DNA of 63,185 nt, the filler included, from Sphacelaria rigidula (lineage: Eukaryota): NCBI GenBank assembly GCA_964200075.2. It is 9 parts of 9 records of this genome, joined end to end, with 100 filler letters (N's around TTAATTAATTAA, not from the genome) between each part and the next. Parts side by side here need not be neighbours in the genome. Positions count along the whole stretch, not along the records: positions 49,224 to 56,154 come from CAXNAA020017353.1; positions 56,255 to 63,185 come from CAXNAA020017354.1; 7 more parts are not named here. The stretch is one strand, 5' to 3'. The notes below the pieces were generated by a model that searched no databases, was not told where the DNA came from, and saw only the letters and a list, made by a program, of their open reading frames with translations. A program made the position numbers and the translations under genes. This document shows, piece after piece, positions 50,100-63,185 of the stretch. Every line of letters begins with the position of its first letter. Within the stretch, counting starts at the first letter, position 1.

Positions 50100-52708
50100 C
50101 GACTTCGTTGTCGGGCGTGGGCGATGCGGAATGGAACTACGCGATCTACCGCTATGACGTACTTGTTGCTAAATGCATCGGTATTTCTGCTCTCACCGTG
50201 GAAGAAGCTTGCCGCCACCGATCCCGGTTGGGGGGCCTAGGCGATACCCACCGACCTCGCTGAGTCCGTAACCGATGCTCCTCCTCCCCCCAGACTGGTA
50301 GGCCCCGCCGACTGGCGGAGCCCGCATCCTCAGGTGCCCCGCCCGGCTCCGCCATTGCCGCCGTAGTTGTGGGGAAAACGCGCCACTGTACCCGCTGCAG
50401 CCGCCGGTGACGCTGGTGCTGGTGGGTTTGCCGCCGCCGTCGCCGGGACTGATGGTGACTTCTTGACCGCCGCTGGCGGCTGGACGGGCAGGCCTCCGAC
50501 GGCTTCGTGCTTGCTGGTGTGGTCCCGGAGGCGGCAGCCGCGCCCCCGTGGGCATGTGGGGCCCTGCCATGCTCGCAACCAGACGCCCGCCGGCGGAACC
50601 CATGACGCCAGCCCCGTGTTGGAATCCGTGTTTGGCGGGGTGAGGTGCGACCATTAGAGTGGGTACGACGAGGAGTGGGGGGCGACGCCTTTCACCGCGT
50701 TGTTCACGCCTCCGTCGGGGAGCGCCTTCCGCTTTGTGGCAGTCTTGGGGGCGGGCTGCGCGGGTGAGCCTGCTACGGACGAGGCCGGGGTTCTGCCGAC
50801 CGCTGAGGCTGCTGGGGTGGCCGTCGGCGGTGAGCGTCTTGACGCGGGTGAACGCTGGTACCGGCGCTGCAGATCCCTGCCAATTAGCGGGTGGGGCGGT
50901 GGGTAAATCCGTGCGCAGATTAAGCATGGCGTCCCTGCAGTCTGTCAGCCACCCGTTGACGTCGTGGTTGAACTCGGTAATTATCCGAGCTCTGACGGCA
51001 GCGTCGTCTTTGTACTGTTCGGCGTAAGTCTTCCCGGTGTAGGCGTCGAGCGCCAACGCCATTCTTGAGAGCCCCCCCGTGATGAAAGCCCTCCTATCCC
51101 GCCCGCCGTCATTGTCGTTGGTGCTGAAGTTGATGAGGATGGCCAGCGCCTTGATGAAAGTGGTAACGTGAACCTCGGCGCGAAAGCATGTTTTTTTTCG
51201 TGACGGGGGACACCGGGGAGTGGAAAGTGGCGACGTCCACATCGGTTAGCGTCTGGAGGTTGGTGAGCATGTCGCGGTTGCTGTCTGCCACATTGCGGAG
51301 TTGAAGCTCGAGGTTTGCGTCCGACATGGGGATGGAAATGGAGACCGCAACCCTCAGAAGGAGAGATAAGTGCTTTGTTGTCGTCCGAGAGCCAGTTGTT
51401 GATTTCCCGCTTCTCCTGCATTTCGTCTGCCTTCTTTCTACTGACGGGGGCGGTGTTGGCCGCTCCCATTGCTTGAACAACCTGTTGAATCTGCCCCCCT
51501 CCCCTATCGTTGAGGAGCTGGAGGAGTTATCGCACCCGGGGCTGGGGCTGTGCTTGCTGGTATTGCTGGAGTTGAAGTTGCGGTTGTTGCTGGTGTTCCC
51601 CACCGATGGCTTGGGCCCTCCGCGTGTTGATATTGATGTGAGTTGTGTTGCTGTACGTGGTGCTGGCCCGGCTGCGGCTCTTGATGGTGCTGGTACGGCT
51701 ACGGCTGCGGCTGTCGATGTTGCTGATGCGGCTGCGGCTGCGGTTGCCGATATTGCTAATGCCGTTAGGGCTGTTGGTGTTGTTGATGTGGCTGCGGTTG
51801 TTGTTGTTGCTGATGCGGCTGCGGCTCTCGCTGCTGCTGATGTGATTGCGGCTCTCTGATGGATGGCGGAGGTGAACCGCTGGAGGTGGGCGGGAACAGC
51901 CCGCCTGCTCCTCCTCCGGCCAGCTGTTGTTGCTGTGCGGTGCTCGCCGGTTGACGATTGGCCCCGCCATGTTGTTGTGGATGCCCAAACTGGAGAAGGT
52001 GTACCTGCTGTTGAACGGTCGTGATCGCTTGGCTCTGTTACTGGTGTTGCCGTGTCATGTGGTGGATGTTGTTGTTGGTCTGTGCTTGTGCCTGTAGGAT
52101 TTGGGCCAGCACGTCTGACGGCTGGGTTGTGCCAGGCGGGAGTCCCATCGGGAGTGGTGGGGGCTCTTGTGCGACAGCGTTGCGCTGCGCTGCGCTGCGC
52201 TGCGCTGCCCCGCGGGCCAGCGTGTTGGTTGGCGGAGGTCGTGCCGCTGTGCGCGCCTCCGTGTTGTGGTGCCGCGACTAGACCTGGCTTTCCTCTTGCC
52301 GTTGCTGCCATCCCTCCTTTCGCTCCCGCTGTCCTCAATGCGTCCATTGCCCGAGCTCCTGGTGTGCTTCTATGCTGATGTTGGTCTTGGTCTTGTAGGG
52401 CTGCTGCTGTTGCTGCTGCTGCTGCTGTTCTCGATGCTGGTGTGTCGGTCATTGTAAAAATCGATCAAGTGCCAGAGACTACTGTACTACCGAGACTGCT
52501 GGCGTGTCGCTGTCTGGTCGTTTGGTCTCGAGGGATGCTGTCTGCTTCTTTGATGCTCTTGCACTATACCAGTCTCTCTCGCTTGGACAACACTCTGTGA
52601 CAGTGGCGCCTTGACTACCCGAACCCCTTATATTTGATTTCGAGCTCGACATACGCCAGAATACATCCCTTATAACTCGTCATCCGCCGACACAAACCTC
52701 GTATTTAT
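50100..52708 (-). mobile_element. Retroelement 5' region with gag-like CCCH ORF, copy 2, frameshifted
   Basis: MSDANLELQL.NVADSNRDMLTNLQTLTDV...FRAEVHVTTFIKAL...AWQGPTCPRGRGCRLRDH. Shares its leader with 37020-37270, and homology stops at the same point (CACAAACCTCGTATT). Confidence 0.6.
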
Positions 52709-55700
52709 TCTTGCAGAATACAGCCATTCCATGCAGGGTGGATGTGTACCTCTGGAGTTTGACCGTACTTGTGACCCCAGCAATCTTGTACTTGTATATT
52801 ATAGTATAGACCATGAGATAAACAGATCAATCGAAGACTGCGGCCGAGGTAGCCCCCCCCCCGAACCGGCAAAAAACGTGCACGGGGGCGATCATCATAA
52901 ATGCCGTTAAAGCCAGCTTCGTGCTGCACGACGCGACTTATTTGGGCGTTATAGCTGATTTTGGACTGCTACTCGCCTCTCATGGGGCGAAATTGCTGCA
53001 AACGAGCCCAATAGTGGGATTGCAGCCGGTTTGTCGGCCGGTCTCCGGTACACTTTTTGTGGGGGGGTTATCTCGGCATTAACCCGAACCATATGCGCAA
53101 CCCCTCTAGGGGGAGGGGTTATCCCCCAAACTCTACGGTGCGTCTATAGAATGACCTCATTGATTCACCTTTCAGGACGGTGCCGTATCGACGATGTTGC
53201 CATTCGCAGTAGGTTGCAAGGCGAGGGTGTCGCCATAATATCATAAAAGAATGAGCAGTGTGGGACTGATTTACCTAAGCAGCAACCTTCTCCAACAAGT
53301 CGTCTGGGAAGCAGGTGCTGTTGGTGAACGCCACGTCGCCATCTGACCAATCAAATTCCAGGAAAGATCCAAGATATACCGCAGCATGCTATCGGCAGAG
53401 TTACGCGCGAACATGAAAAACAAACGTGGCACGAAATAAGAGTGGGGTAGGGGGATTGGGGGGGGGGGGGGGGTCCTATACGTCAAACAATCATAGCGAC
53501 GAGTGTAGTCATGGATATAATGAAATAGTTTCGAAATCTTGACACGCACGAGCAGCACACCACGCCAGATGATTACTTGAGCGAATTTTGACAACAGTAA
53601 CGAAAACTTACTTGCAAAAACGACTGGGTCACGACGGGGCAGGGAGGTTTTATTTTCTTGCCTTGCATTCGAATACTACAGTACTACTGTGACGGTACCA
53701 TTTGTTGGAACACTTGACATTAACGCATTAATGAACGCGTGTAGCGCGTGGCCGCAGAAGGTTTCTCGATACACGTTGGTGCTCAAAAGAAGACATTGCG
53801 CGAGAGCAATCCGTTCCGGATGTTACGACATAAGTAACTCCTTGGAAGCACAAAGCACATGCAAACCGAAGCCTTTTGGGGGGGGGCGGGGGTGATGATC
53901 TTGTGTGCCGTGCGCATTTGTGTACGTACGCGTGTGAATAACTACAGTCATTCCTGACGATATATAACACCCCCATATATCGCAATGAGCTGCAGCATAC
54001 ATACCCACATTGCGCATAGCCATACATAGCGCATATGCTGCGCTCACTCTACAGTATATAGCACCTAACGTATGAGGACGGTATGACAGTCCTGCATGGT
54101 ATGGTATGCATACGTCCAGTATACAGTTTATTGTTGTGATTATATAGGCCACGGCTGGACCCCTGCTGGGGCGGGGTCAGTTAAAGTATGACAGTCAAAC
54201 AATCAATCAATGATGCCCATCAAAGTACATATATACCGCGATGATATTTTTTCCGCGTTTTTGATGTAAAAAATCATTCGGTTCGTCGTGGTAGACATTG
54301 GGCGACTGGGTTTTAATGAGCTATGTGGGTAGATGCGCGAGGTTTACACCGACATTCCAGCAACTTCACGCCTGCAGCTGAAGCGTCACTTCGGAGCACA
54401 GGCGTGTGGACATACAGTCGTAAGCAGTTTGTGGGATTTGTGTTCAGCGAAAGCTGTTCGAGAATTATGTCCTTGAGCCCAATTGATATATGAACTGGGG
54501 AGCAAGGGGATGAAATCTTTCCAACAATGTTTGCTGCATCTCGGATCCCATCCGCTGATTACCGTGCAGTATGTGGGACTTGCACAGCTAAGGCTGTTCA
54601 CAATAAGTTCATCTTTGCCCGAATTCTGGATGAATTGGCGGGCAAAGTGAGGATTTATTTGGAGCAGCTTCTCCTGTTCGAATTTCGAATCTGTGTCATA
54701 ATGATGTGGTAGCTGATGCACTGGCTGGGGTCTCTCAATATGAGTGCCAGGAGATACCATGGTGCCAACCCACCAAGCTCCCACGTGGGCAACATCACAC
54801 AGACCTAGCTATTCATCATGAACAATCATAGAGTAGGTTGACTCATGTATACTGCCGATCGGGAAATCACGTGAGCAGAGCGTAGTAATGACCCAGAGTA
54901 GACCACGGCACAGGCAGTAACTGATTGAGGTGGATCGACACTACCTCTGGCGGCGGCCAAACAATCCTAGCTAATGACAGTAGCAGACGCAGTAACAACG
55001 CGTCACGGAATGCAGAGTCTACGAGCAGACCCGCACATCGTGATATCTTACTGCCACCAAGCTTCATCACATCTGCCAGTGTGTGGGGGGTTTGTACAGC
55101 AGAAGAAGCTGTTCGAAATAAAAAATTTCACCAATTTTGGAAAAAAACAGTTTGGAATTTTCAACTTGTGAGAGCCTCTCCGTAGGGTTGCTCACAGGGT
55201 GTCGAGAAAAATGCTATAAACAATTATGGTAGAGGTACTAGGGTTTGCAAATGCCGTACAAGGGTACGTGCTACAGGGTGCCATCTGTCCGCGTGTGAGG
55301 GTTTGTGTCGATAATATCGAAATCCTCTGGATTTTTGGAAGCCACTCGCGCTGTGGAAATCCTTTACTACTGTACAAGGTTCCTCTTCGGGAGGTTAGTA
55401 AGGGCCTCCCGGGGGTGACGCAAGTCGAAAATATATGCTTAAGATAGGCTATTGTATCTCAATGTATAGTAGTGATCGTGGCTGTACAAAACATCGCATG
55501 TATTATTCAATGTCCTTCGGAAAAAGGGTCGACATCGGAACTGCCGACGTAGGACATGTGTGGTATTTCCGAGGTGCCAGAGCGCGAAGTAGCTCTCGTG
55601 CCACAAAAAAATGACAGCGGGAGACACTTCCCGAAAAATTGGAATGCGTGGAACATTCTTGGCATGTTTTTTGTACACCACTGTGGCTTCCACATCACCG

Positions 55701-57318
55701 GGCCTTTTTTCAAAAGGAGGTGGTTGTTTTTTGCGGCAAAACAGTATTCCTGTACTGCCGTGCTGCTGTGCCTCGTTCAACTCGCCACCGGCTCATCGCA
55801 CGGTCTTGTGTTTGCTGCTGACAGAGGCCAAGGCAATGTTCGATTGTTCTCAACGTCTTTGCTCTCATGTTCTCGTGACATTAACGGCATAATCGGTGTG
55901 TTCGTGCTCCCAATTGAAGGAGAACGCGACAAAGAGAAGCACGGGGAAAAAATGCCCCGCCAAACGCAATCCTGTTTGTAGTTTTCCATGATCTTCGGCA
56001 GGCTTTTGTGGTTCGGGATCGACACCCCGCGAAAAAGGGCCAGTTTGAGCGACTTTCGGTGACCAGAACACGTGGCACAGGTATCCGATTAAGCCTGAAA
56101 CAACAAATTGTGCGGATTGAGGTTTAACTTCGAGATGAGGTTCAAGCCTAAAACNNNNNNNNNNNNNNNNNNNNNNNNNNNNNNNNNNNNNNNNNNNNTT
56201 AATTAATTAANNNNNNNNNNNNNNNNNNNNNNNNNNNNNNNNNNNNNNNNNNNNGAAAGCACGGCTTTGGAGTTGAACCTCATTTTTTTTCAACCCCATT
56301 TTCGAAAATCGGCTGTTACCAGCCCTTCAACTCACCCCATTGGTTGCCATGAAAAATGGTCTAATGCTGCGAGATGGCATCACGCTCGTCAGCAGCTCCA
56401 TCATGGGAGAGAACCTCCGAGCCGAATGTCATATACGACGTTAACAGACAGGAGTATCCAAGAGTGATTCTACGATACGAGGGTGGTGTTTGACTGCACG
56501 AAAAATAGGGGCTCACAGGTGTAAGAGACGACTCGAACAATCGCGGCGCGTTATGTTTGAGTGGAAACGGTTTCAAGGGATCGAACAGGTGTCTTATTGG
56601 CAACAAGCGGAACAAACGGTGCTGATTTTAGCAACGATCCGAGAAGAAAATTGGTGGAAGAATAAGAATAAACGGCTCGAAATTTCTCCCACCACCACCA
56701 TCCTAGCATCATTCCCAACTCGGACTGGGCTGGAAAGCTTGTTCTCGATCCAACAATGTCCAATGATGGTGATTGTTTTTTTTCCACAGTTGAAAAAAAA
56801 GTGGTGACGGTGATTGTCTGTAGCTGGGCGTCTACGGAAGCGGAAAAGTGTTCCAGACTTTTGGAGAAAAGCCCAACCCACATTGAGGCGAGAAGGGCCA
56901 GTGTCGCGCATTTGAGGGGCAGGAGCTCGTGCGAAAGAACCGAGATCACCTTTGAACTGAGACAAGAATACTCTGTATGAAGATTCACCTTGAAGACGAA
57001 AATCGCAGAGTGGGCAAAAATGTCTCATGTCGGGGTTTGAACTATAGTAACCTACGTAACTGGGGTCTCCTGTATCAGTTGCTGCAGACCATCGGGACGC
57101 AGTGGTGTCACACAAAACGTTCCACGCGCGGCCCGATTTTAGGTGTTAGTAGTCCAACCTTTACCAGGACCTTTTGCGCGCAGACAATGAAAATCGTCGT
57201 TTGAGTTACCGCTGTTTTTTTTGTTTTTTTCATGGAGTACATTACGCCGCTGCCTTCCCCGCCGACTCCACAGCTCCAGTCGCACGCAAACTAGCCAAAT
57301 GCAGAGCAGCATGGGTAG

Positions 57319-57320
<2 letters not shown>

Positions 57321-57355
<35 letters not shown>

Positions 57356-57385
57356 TGTTGCTGATGTTGATGTTGTCGTTGTTAC
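57321..57385. repeat. (GTC)n/(GTT)n microsatellite
   Basis: Direct reading. Confidence 0.9.
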
Positions 57386-58579
57386 CGTCATCACCGCTAT
57401 TGACCTTATTATAGTAAAGCTCCGCCGTTCAATAATGAAACGTTTCTCTGTTTTGTTCTTGCGCCCGCGCAGATTGCGACGCTCCTTGACTAACACGTTT
57501 GCTTCTTCAGCGGTAGCTTCTGCGAGAAATATTCAGTCGAACAGAAGAGTCTCGCTGTCTAGGTTTCAGGTATGTGTTCCGTACATGCAGTCAGCTGTTT
57601 CGACAGAGAGAGAGAGACAGTCCCTTGGGCTCGGAGCTCGTACCCACGAGCTATCGACCGAGACTTTTTGGGGAGGCTTTGAGTGGTGTGGTACATATGT
57701 CGAGTCATGGACTATTTTTATCGACAGGAGATTCTGAAAATGGGGACGAAAGGTTTTCTGAACCTCCAGTTTCCTGGGAAGTGCCTTAGACGGGGCATCA
57801 ATGTCCACAAATGCGAACACCATAAACAATTAAGCTCTTGAAGGTGCCCTCGTGGGGGTGAAAGGGGAGGGTGCGTGAGGGGGGTTACTCATGTTCTTGC
57901 ATGCCCTGGTCACAAGTCGGTTGACCTCGCACCCCTACAAAGCCGGGATGGAGCATGCCGGGTTTTGGCCGGACCAGGCTCAATCGCCAAGCGCGAAGCG
58001 CCGTTATGACTTCGGCGAATCGCATGAAGGGTGAGATGCATCCTGCTAAGCTTGTTCGGCCCGAAGCGTACTAATAATCTTGCATATGGATGACAGCCTC
58101 GAATGAGTCGCATGGGGTAAAAGAGGGACGTACTCATTTATTGCTTGCCTTGGTCGTTTGACCATTTTGCACGCACCCCTTCCGAGACGGAGCATCGTTC
58201 CTACTCCTAATGGAGACATCTCAGACATTTCGGTGCTCATCACTTTTTTTCCATACGTTACACAAACATTTACACATCTTGTCCCCGTCCTGTTTCGCCG
58301 TCTGTGGCCACCATCCATCCCCTAGTATAGCCATCGTTTGTTTCGTGCTGCCTACTGTATGAAACGATTTCATGCCACCTTCGTTCACGTCTCGCATTTC
58401 CCCCCCTAGCACGTCCCGTTCCTCCTTTGCGGAGGGGGCGTACTCATTTGTTGCTTGCCTCAGTCGTTTGACCATTGACCACGCATCCCTCAGCGGGAAA
58501 ATATAACAAAAGCGGCCTACTGGCGCATAGGCGCTAGATGGGGTAGGGAGCTAGCTCTCTTGCGGATGTAGCTTAGAAT

Positions 58580-59310
58580 CCTATGATATCCTCAGATACA
58601 ACAAGACCGCGACCATGTTGTATCCAAGCTACTTGAGAAATGTATCGGAATTAGTGTTCAGCAAGGACAACGATGACCATCACCACCATCACAGCAGCAT
58701 TGGTCAATAAGGATTTATCGAAACTGTCGCTAAGAAAGGACTGCGACGGCTGTCAACATAACAGCAGGATTACTCAGTCGGGATGTATCGAAATCACTGT
58801 TCCAAAATGAGTACGACGGCTATCAACATCATATTGTAACAAAACTGACCGATGCTACGGTAGGGGTACACACATATTTTCTGAGGTTAGAATTGGTAGA
58901 AACCCTTCATCTCATCCAAAACATGACTTATGAAAATATGTGAGAATACGCCAGGATTGCTATTCCAATGTGCTGGGGATATCCCGAATAAATCTGTAAA
59001 CGGGGATGCCCTGACTCATATTCTTGTGCGATAGCAGCCCCTGGACCAGACAAAGTTACGCGAAAAAAGTGCACCCCTACCGTGGCATTGCTCAACTGTT
59101 TGAGAATAATGCATCAAAATTGCTGTTCCGAAAGGAGTACGGTGGCTGCCACCATCAAACTGTGGTAGAATTATTCGAGATGTATGTTTCAAAACCACTG
59201 TTGCGACGTAAACACGACGGCTACCACCACCATACAGTAGCAAAAGTACCTCAGAAGGATGTATCGGAATTATTGCTCCAAAAGGACTACGGCGACCATC
59301 ATTATACCGC
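58580..59310 (+). repeat. Degenerate ~70-75-bp tandem repeat (6-7 copies, interrupted at ~58850-59050)
   Basis: Core GATGTATCGRAATTAYTGYTCCAAAAGGAcTACGRCGRCYATCAyCAT recurs at ~58639, 58712, 58782, 59108, 59183, 59258. Confidence 0.65.
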
Positions 59311-59665
59311 CATGACTTTGAGAAGGGCGACTGTCGAACTGGCTATTGCCCTTCTGTGGGCACCAAAGAGGGTTCCGATCTACACACGCGCTGATATACC
59401 CAACAGGTGCATCTTGCGAACGAGCGAACTTTCAACACGGCGTTGTTCGGCGTGGAACTGGAGGAGCCACGACCTGACGTTGCGCGAATTGAGCGATCAG
59501 AGGAGATATCTGGGTGAGGTCCTTGCTTTCCCCTTATTAACCGCTCGGGGCATAGATGCCGTAGTTCTATTCTAGGTGAATCGCTGGTAAAAAATATGAA
59601 AACATTTATTTTGTCGGGAGGGGGGGGGGGGGGGGGGGGGGTTTCTTTTTTTCGGGTAAAAAGCA

Positions 59666-59698
<33 letters not shown>

Positions 59699-61205
59699 CG
59701 GTTCGCTCTTCTCGCGTGAAGTCATACGGTGGAGAGGCCTGTCGGACCAGGCTCGTTCGCACGTGCGCTTGTTTGTCGTTGTCCAGTGTGTCTTGCTCTG
59801 TTTGCTTGGTCTTGCTCTTTTTCGTTCATGTGTCTTCTTCTCCGAGTTTCCCACATATTTGTGCCCACTGTTTATACCTCCTCGGGTACATACGTCTGTC
59901 GTTTGACAACGGCTGGTTGGATTCGTCGCACATCACTTAATGTGCGACAATCAAATCGATGAAGAAGACACCAAAACAGCTTCATTTGAACCCTATACAT
60001 GAGCGAGGGGCTTACGGACCATGGAATACGACTGTACACGGTATGTCGTCATCGAGGGTGGTGCTGGCGAACAAAGCGACGTTGTCCAGCTATAGGGTCG
60101 GGAATCCCGGGGCCAAAGGCCAGCGAGCGATGTTGTTCCCAAATGAGGTCAGCCTCCTTGAGCACGAGTGCTGATAGTTTGGGGTGTCGACACTCAGGGT
60201 ACTCCGGAATACCTAGTCACTCGGGGAAGTGGGTGCTGCAGGTGTTCAGAGTGCTGAGTATATTACTGAGTAGGCCGAGCACGGTATCGGGTATTCGGGG
60301 TGGTGGGTACTCCATGTACTCTCGTATACTGAGTGCTACGAACCCTGAGTTCCATGGGTTTGTATTGAACCTGCATGCAACGAGGTCAATGTTCAACACC
60401 CAAATACTGCTCGCGGCATTATTATTATTTTTTTTCATTCGGCGGAGGAGGGAGGGAGGGAGGGGGAGGGGGAGGCCCCACTTGAAAAACACCTCCCCTT
60501 CCTCTGGACGACTCTGTGGTCTCAAGGGATATATAAAACCCATCTATAATCTCTCTCCCGGTGCATGCCTTATATTTTGGTACATTGTTGTATCGCGGAA
60601 GATATCAGCATTCACTTTCGCACCGCGTCGATTCGACCTTCGTCAAATGAACTCGGTCTAACAAACTCTTGGTGCTACTCACATGCTCACGATTTTACCG
60701 GCGGGAACTGGTGGGAATCGAACCTCCCAATCTTTCACGGTTAGGACAAATCATCACGACTCATAATCACCAAATTCACGATTTCTTCGGCCTGATTTCC
60801 CAAAAGGGGGGGGAAAAGTTGACCGCTGGTCCAAGGGTTATCCACGCAACTTTTGAGCCATTCCATGTGTCTGGGCTGCGTGTACCTGGGTTGCAACGCT
60901 GAGAGATAAAGCCTAGGGGTTGGTGCGTCACGAGTCGACTCATCATACTAAAACCACGTGATTTTCAGACGAATCATTATTTGTCCGACCCTTGCAATTT
61001 TTCTAAATCCAATGGTGTCAATAGTACCGTCAGACCCCGGCGCGGGGCGATTTTGATGGGTGAGTATAGGAATAAGGGCGCAAGTCCCTTAGACAACTCT
61101 TGTGGGAGCCGCTCATTTTTCGATTTCGAACATTTTGAACGGGTGGTGATAAAAACCACTCTCATGGAAACGAAAATCACTCTTAGGCCACTCCTTGTAA
61201 TGGAA

Positions 61206-61644
61206 AAAAATAAAAATCCGGAAAAGTGCTTTTTTGGAGCTTTTACGTCGTTTTACGCTCCAAAAGAGAGCTCGGCGGAGTTCGACACCTTGGAATGACT
61301 TGCTCTACCAGTTGAGGCGGTTCGAGGACATCTGCCCGTTTTCCGGTGGCCGCAGTTTTCGTTTTGGCCAAACAAGAATTTTTGGCCAAGAACGGTAAAA
61401 AACAATCAGGTCCAGAGAAAAATGGCGTTTTTTTCTAGACTTGACTGTTTTTTACCGTCCTTTGACAAAAATTCTTGTTTGGCCAAAACGAAACCTGCGG
61501 CCACCGGGAAACGGGCAGATGTCCTCGAACCGCCTCAACTGGTAGATCAAGTCATTGCAAGGTGTCAAATTCCGCCGAGCTCTCTTTTGCGGCGTAAAAC
61601 GACGTAAAAGCCCCCCAAAAGCACTTTTCCAGATTTCTATTTTT
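61206..61644. repeat. Near-perfect 440-bp palindrome/hairpin with a ~5-nt loop
   Basis: ~217-nt arms are reverse complements with scattered mismatches. Loop TGGCG at 61423-61427. Confidence 0.92.
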
Positions 61645-63185
61645 GTCTGTTTCAAGGGGCGGTCCTGTGGGGGAAAAAACCGTGATGATTTGGAACAAAA
61701 CTGACCGCCCAAAATATTGAACGGGTCTCAAAATTTGCCCGGGCGTTGCATATCGGGAGGGGATTTTGAACGCTTCAGGACCCACCCGTCAGACTCGGGC
61801 GAAGAAGTACAAAATGGGGCATGTCACGTTTTACTGTACAGCAGCAAAAAATCACGCCTTTCTCATGTGTTGCAGCTGTCACTGCACTGTGGTTTGTTTA
61901 GGCATTGCGCTGTACTGTGGAGTGTGGTGCGTTTGAGCCCTGCGAAAACGGCTCGATCTGCGATTGGGACTGCTGTACTGTTGTTGTGTTCCGATCGGTC
62001 CACAAGCCTAGACACTGCCGAAAGCGTCTCCGCCATGGTGTATTCGATGCATTGCGTCGTCTGTAAAACTATCAACGCGCGTCTCACACAAATCACCGTA
62101 TTTTTACTAAATGCTGAACAGATTTGAGCAAGGTCGCGCACAATATGCTCAGCTGTGTGTTTTGGTCTACGGGGGCGATGCGATCCTCAGGTTCACGTTC
62201 CATTATGTTGAGTTGTCTGTCAAGCCTTTGTTTATGCCTCTGTAAACGGGATATGTCATGTTCCTTTTCGAGGTGCCGCAAGATCACTTTTGTCAAAGTG
62301 ACTTTTTTGCACTATTTTTTTTTTCGCGGGGGACGGGAAGGAGGGGGGAGGGTCGCGGCGATCAATTATCGGTCGTTCTTCCAAAAGCGAATTTTTGAAA
62401 ACTGATAATCACTGCCGATAAAAACCCGCGTAAGAATGTTTGTTTTGTCTGCGTTCAAAATCGCGGCAGGCTCAAAACGGCGTCAAAACGTTTCAAAAAT
62501 ATAATGTTGAGCGGCTCCCACAAGAGTTGGTCTTAGGTCCGTTCGTGACGACGTCTCTTTGATCCTCCTTCGCCCATTCTTCGCATGTTTTTCTGTGAAC
62601 ATTTCCAATCTTCGTCAGAACATCTAGTGGAAAATGTGCACGACTCGTAATTTTTTTCATAGCGCCCCTTGTTTCATTTCCAAACTTGGCGCATGAACAC
62701 CCCGGAGAATCAGCGTTGCGCATTATTTCATGGTGTTTGGGGCATGCGCAGCACACCCCCCCCCCCCCGGATCTTGATCCTTTTTGCACAAAAATTCCTG
62801 GTCAGTCCCAAGAATGCACATACAATGACTACACTCATGTAAATATGAATTATATGTTGTTTGGAGGAAGGGGGGTATTATGGTCTTGCATGCCGTGATC
62901 ATATGGCCCTTGACCTTGCATCCCTACAAAGCCGGAACGGAGCACGCCGGGTTTCGCCGGACCAGGCTATTTTTGCTGTTCTTGGGGGGTAATGATGATT
63001 ATATCGGGCGATCGCGCTGCGTGCATAACATGGTGTGGTGATATGTGGGCTGTAGGACGCGGGCGTTTCTCCACTTGTACAGCTGGAAAATGAAAACGTG
63101 GATGGCAAATTCCCAAAATCACCCCTTCCCCCCCCCCCCCCCCCCCCACAAAATTTTGCAAGGAGGGGGAAAAGAAGAGGGAAGG

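Noticed and set aside
56490-56980. hAT transposase dimerisation-domain remnant
   Set aside because: Only a vague WW...S.EAE pattern; too weak to call.
59618-59698. Poly-G tracts (also poly-C at 49009-49045) as G-quadruplex regulators or Gly/Pro-rich ORFs
   Set aside because: Common homopolymers in this genome with no supporting context.

Overview
Eukaryotic, intron-rich, repeat-rich nuclear DNA of about 50% GC. The gene and transposon style suggests a brown alga or related stramenopile (inference). The window is not one locus: it is nine contigs of 6932/6931 bp, sorted by length and joined by 100-nt N44-TTAATTAATTAA-N44 linkers, so adjacency across linkers means nothing. Main contents: (1) the 3' part of a spliced triple-WW-domain gene; (2) an RRP1/Nop52-like ribosome biogenesis gene followed by about 8 interspaced ~110-nt units with box C/D architecture, covarying terminal stems and a guide complementary to the LSU rRNA P-loop (U31/snR67-like); (3) a spliced RGG-rich gene; (4) a deleted chromodomain Ty3/gypsy element with one LTR; (5) two decayed copies of a gag-like CCCH ORF and an ALOG/zinc-ribbon fragment, suggesting DIRS-type tyrosine-recombinase retroelements; (6) a complete 4-exon, 589-aa class I hyaluronan-synthase-like GT2 gene, the most unexpected feature; (7) MITEs, a LINE remnant, a 440-bp hairpin and minisatellites.
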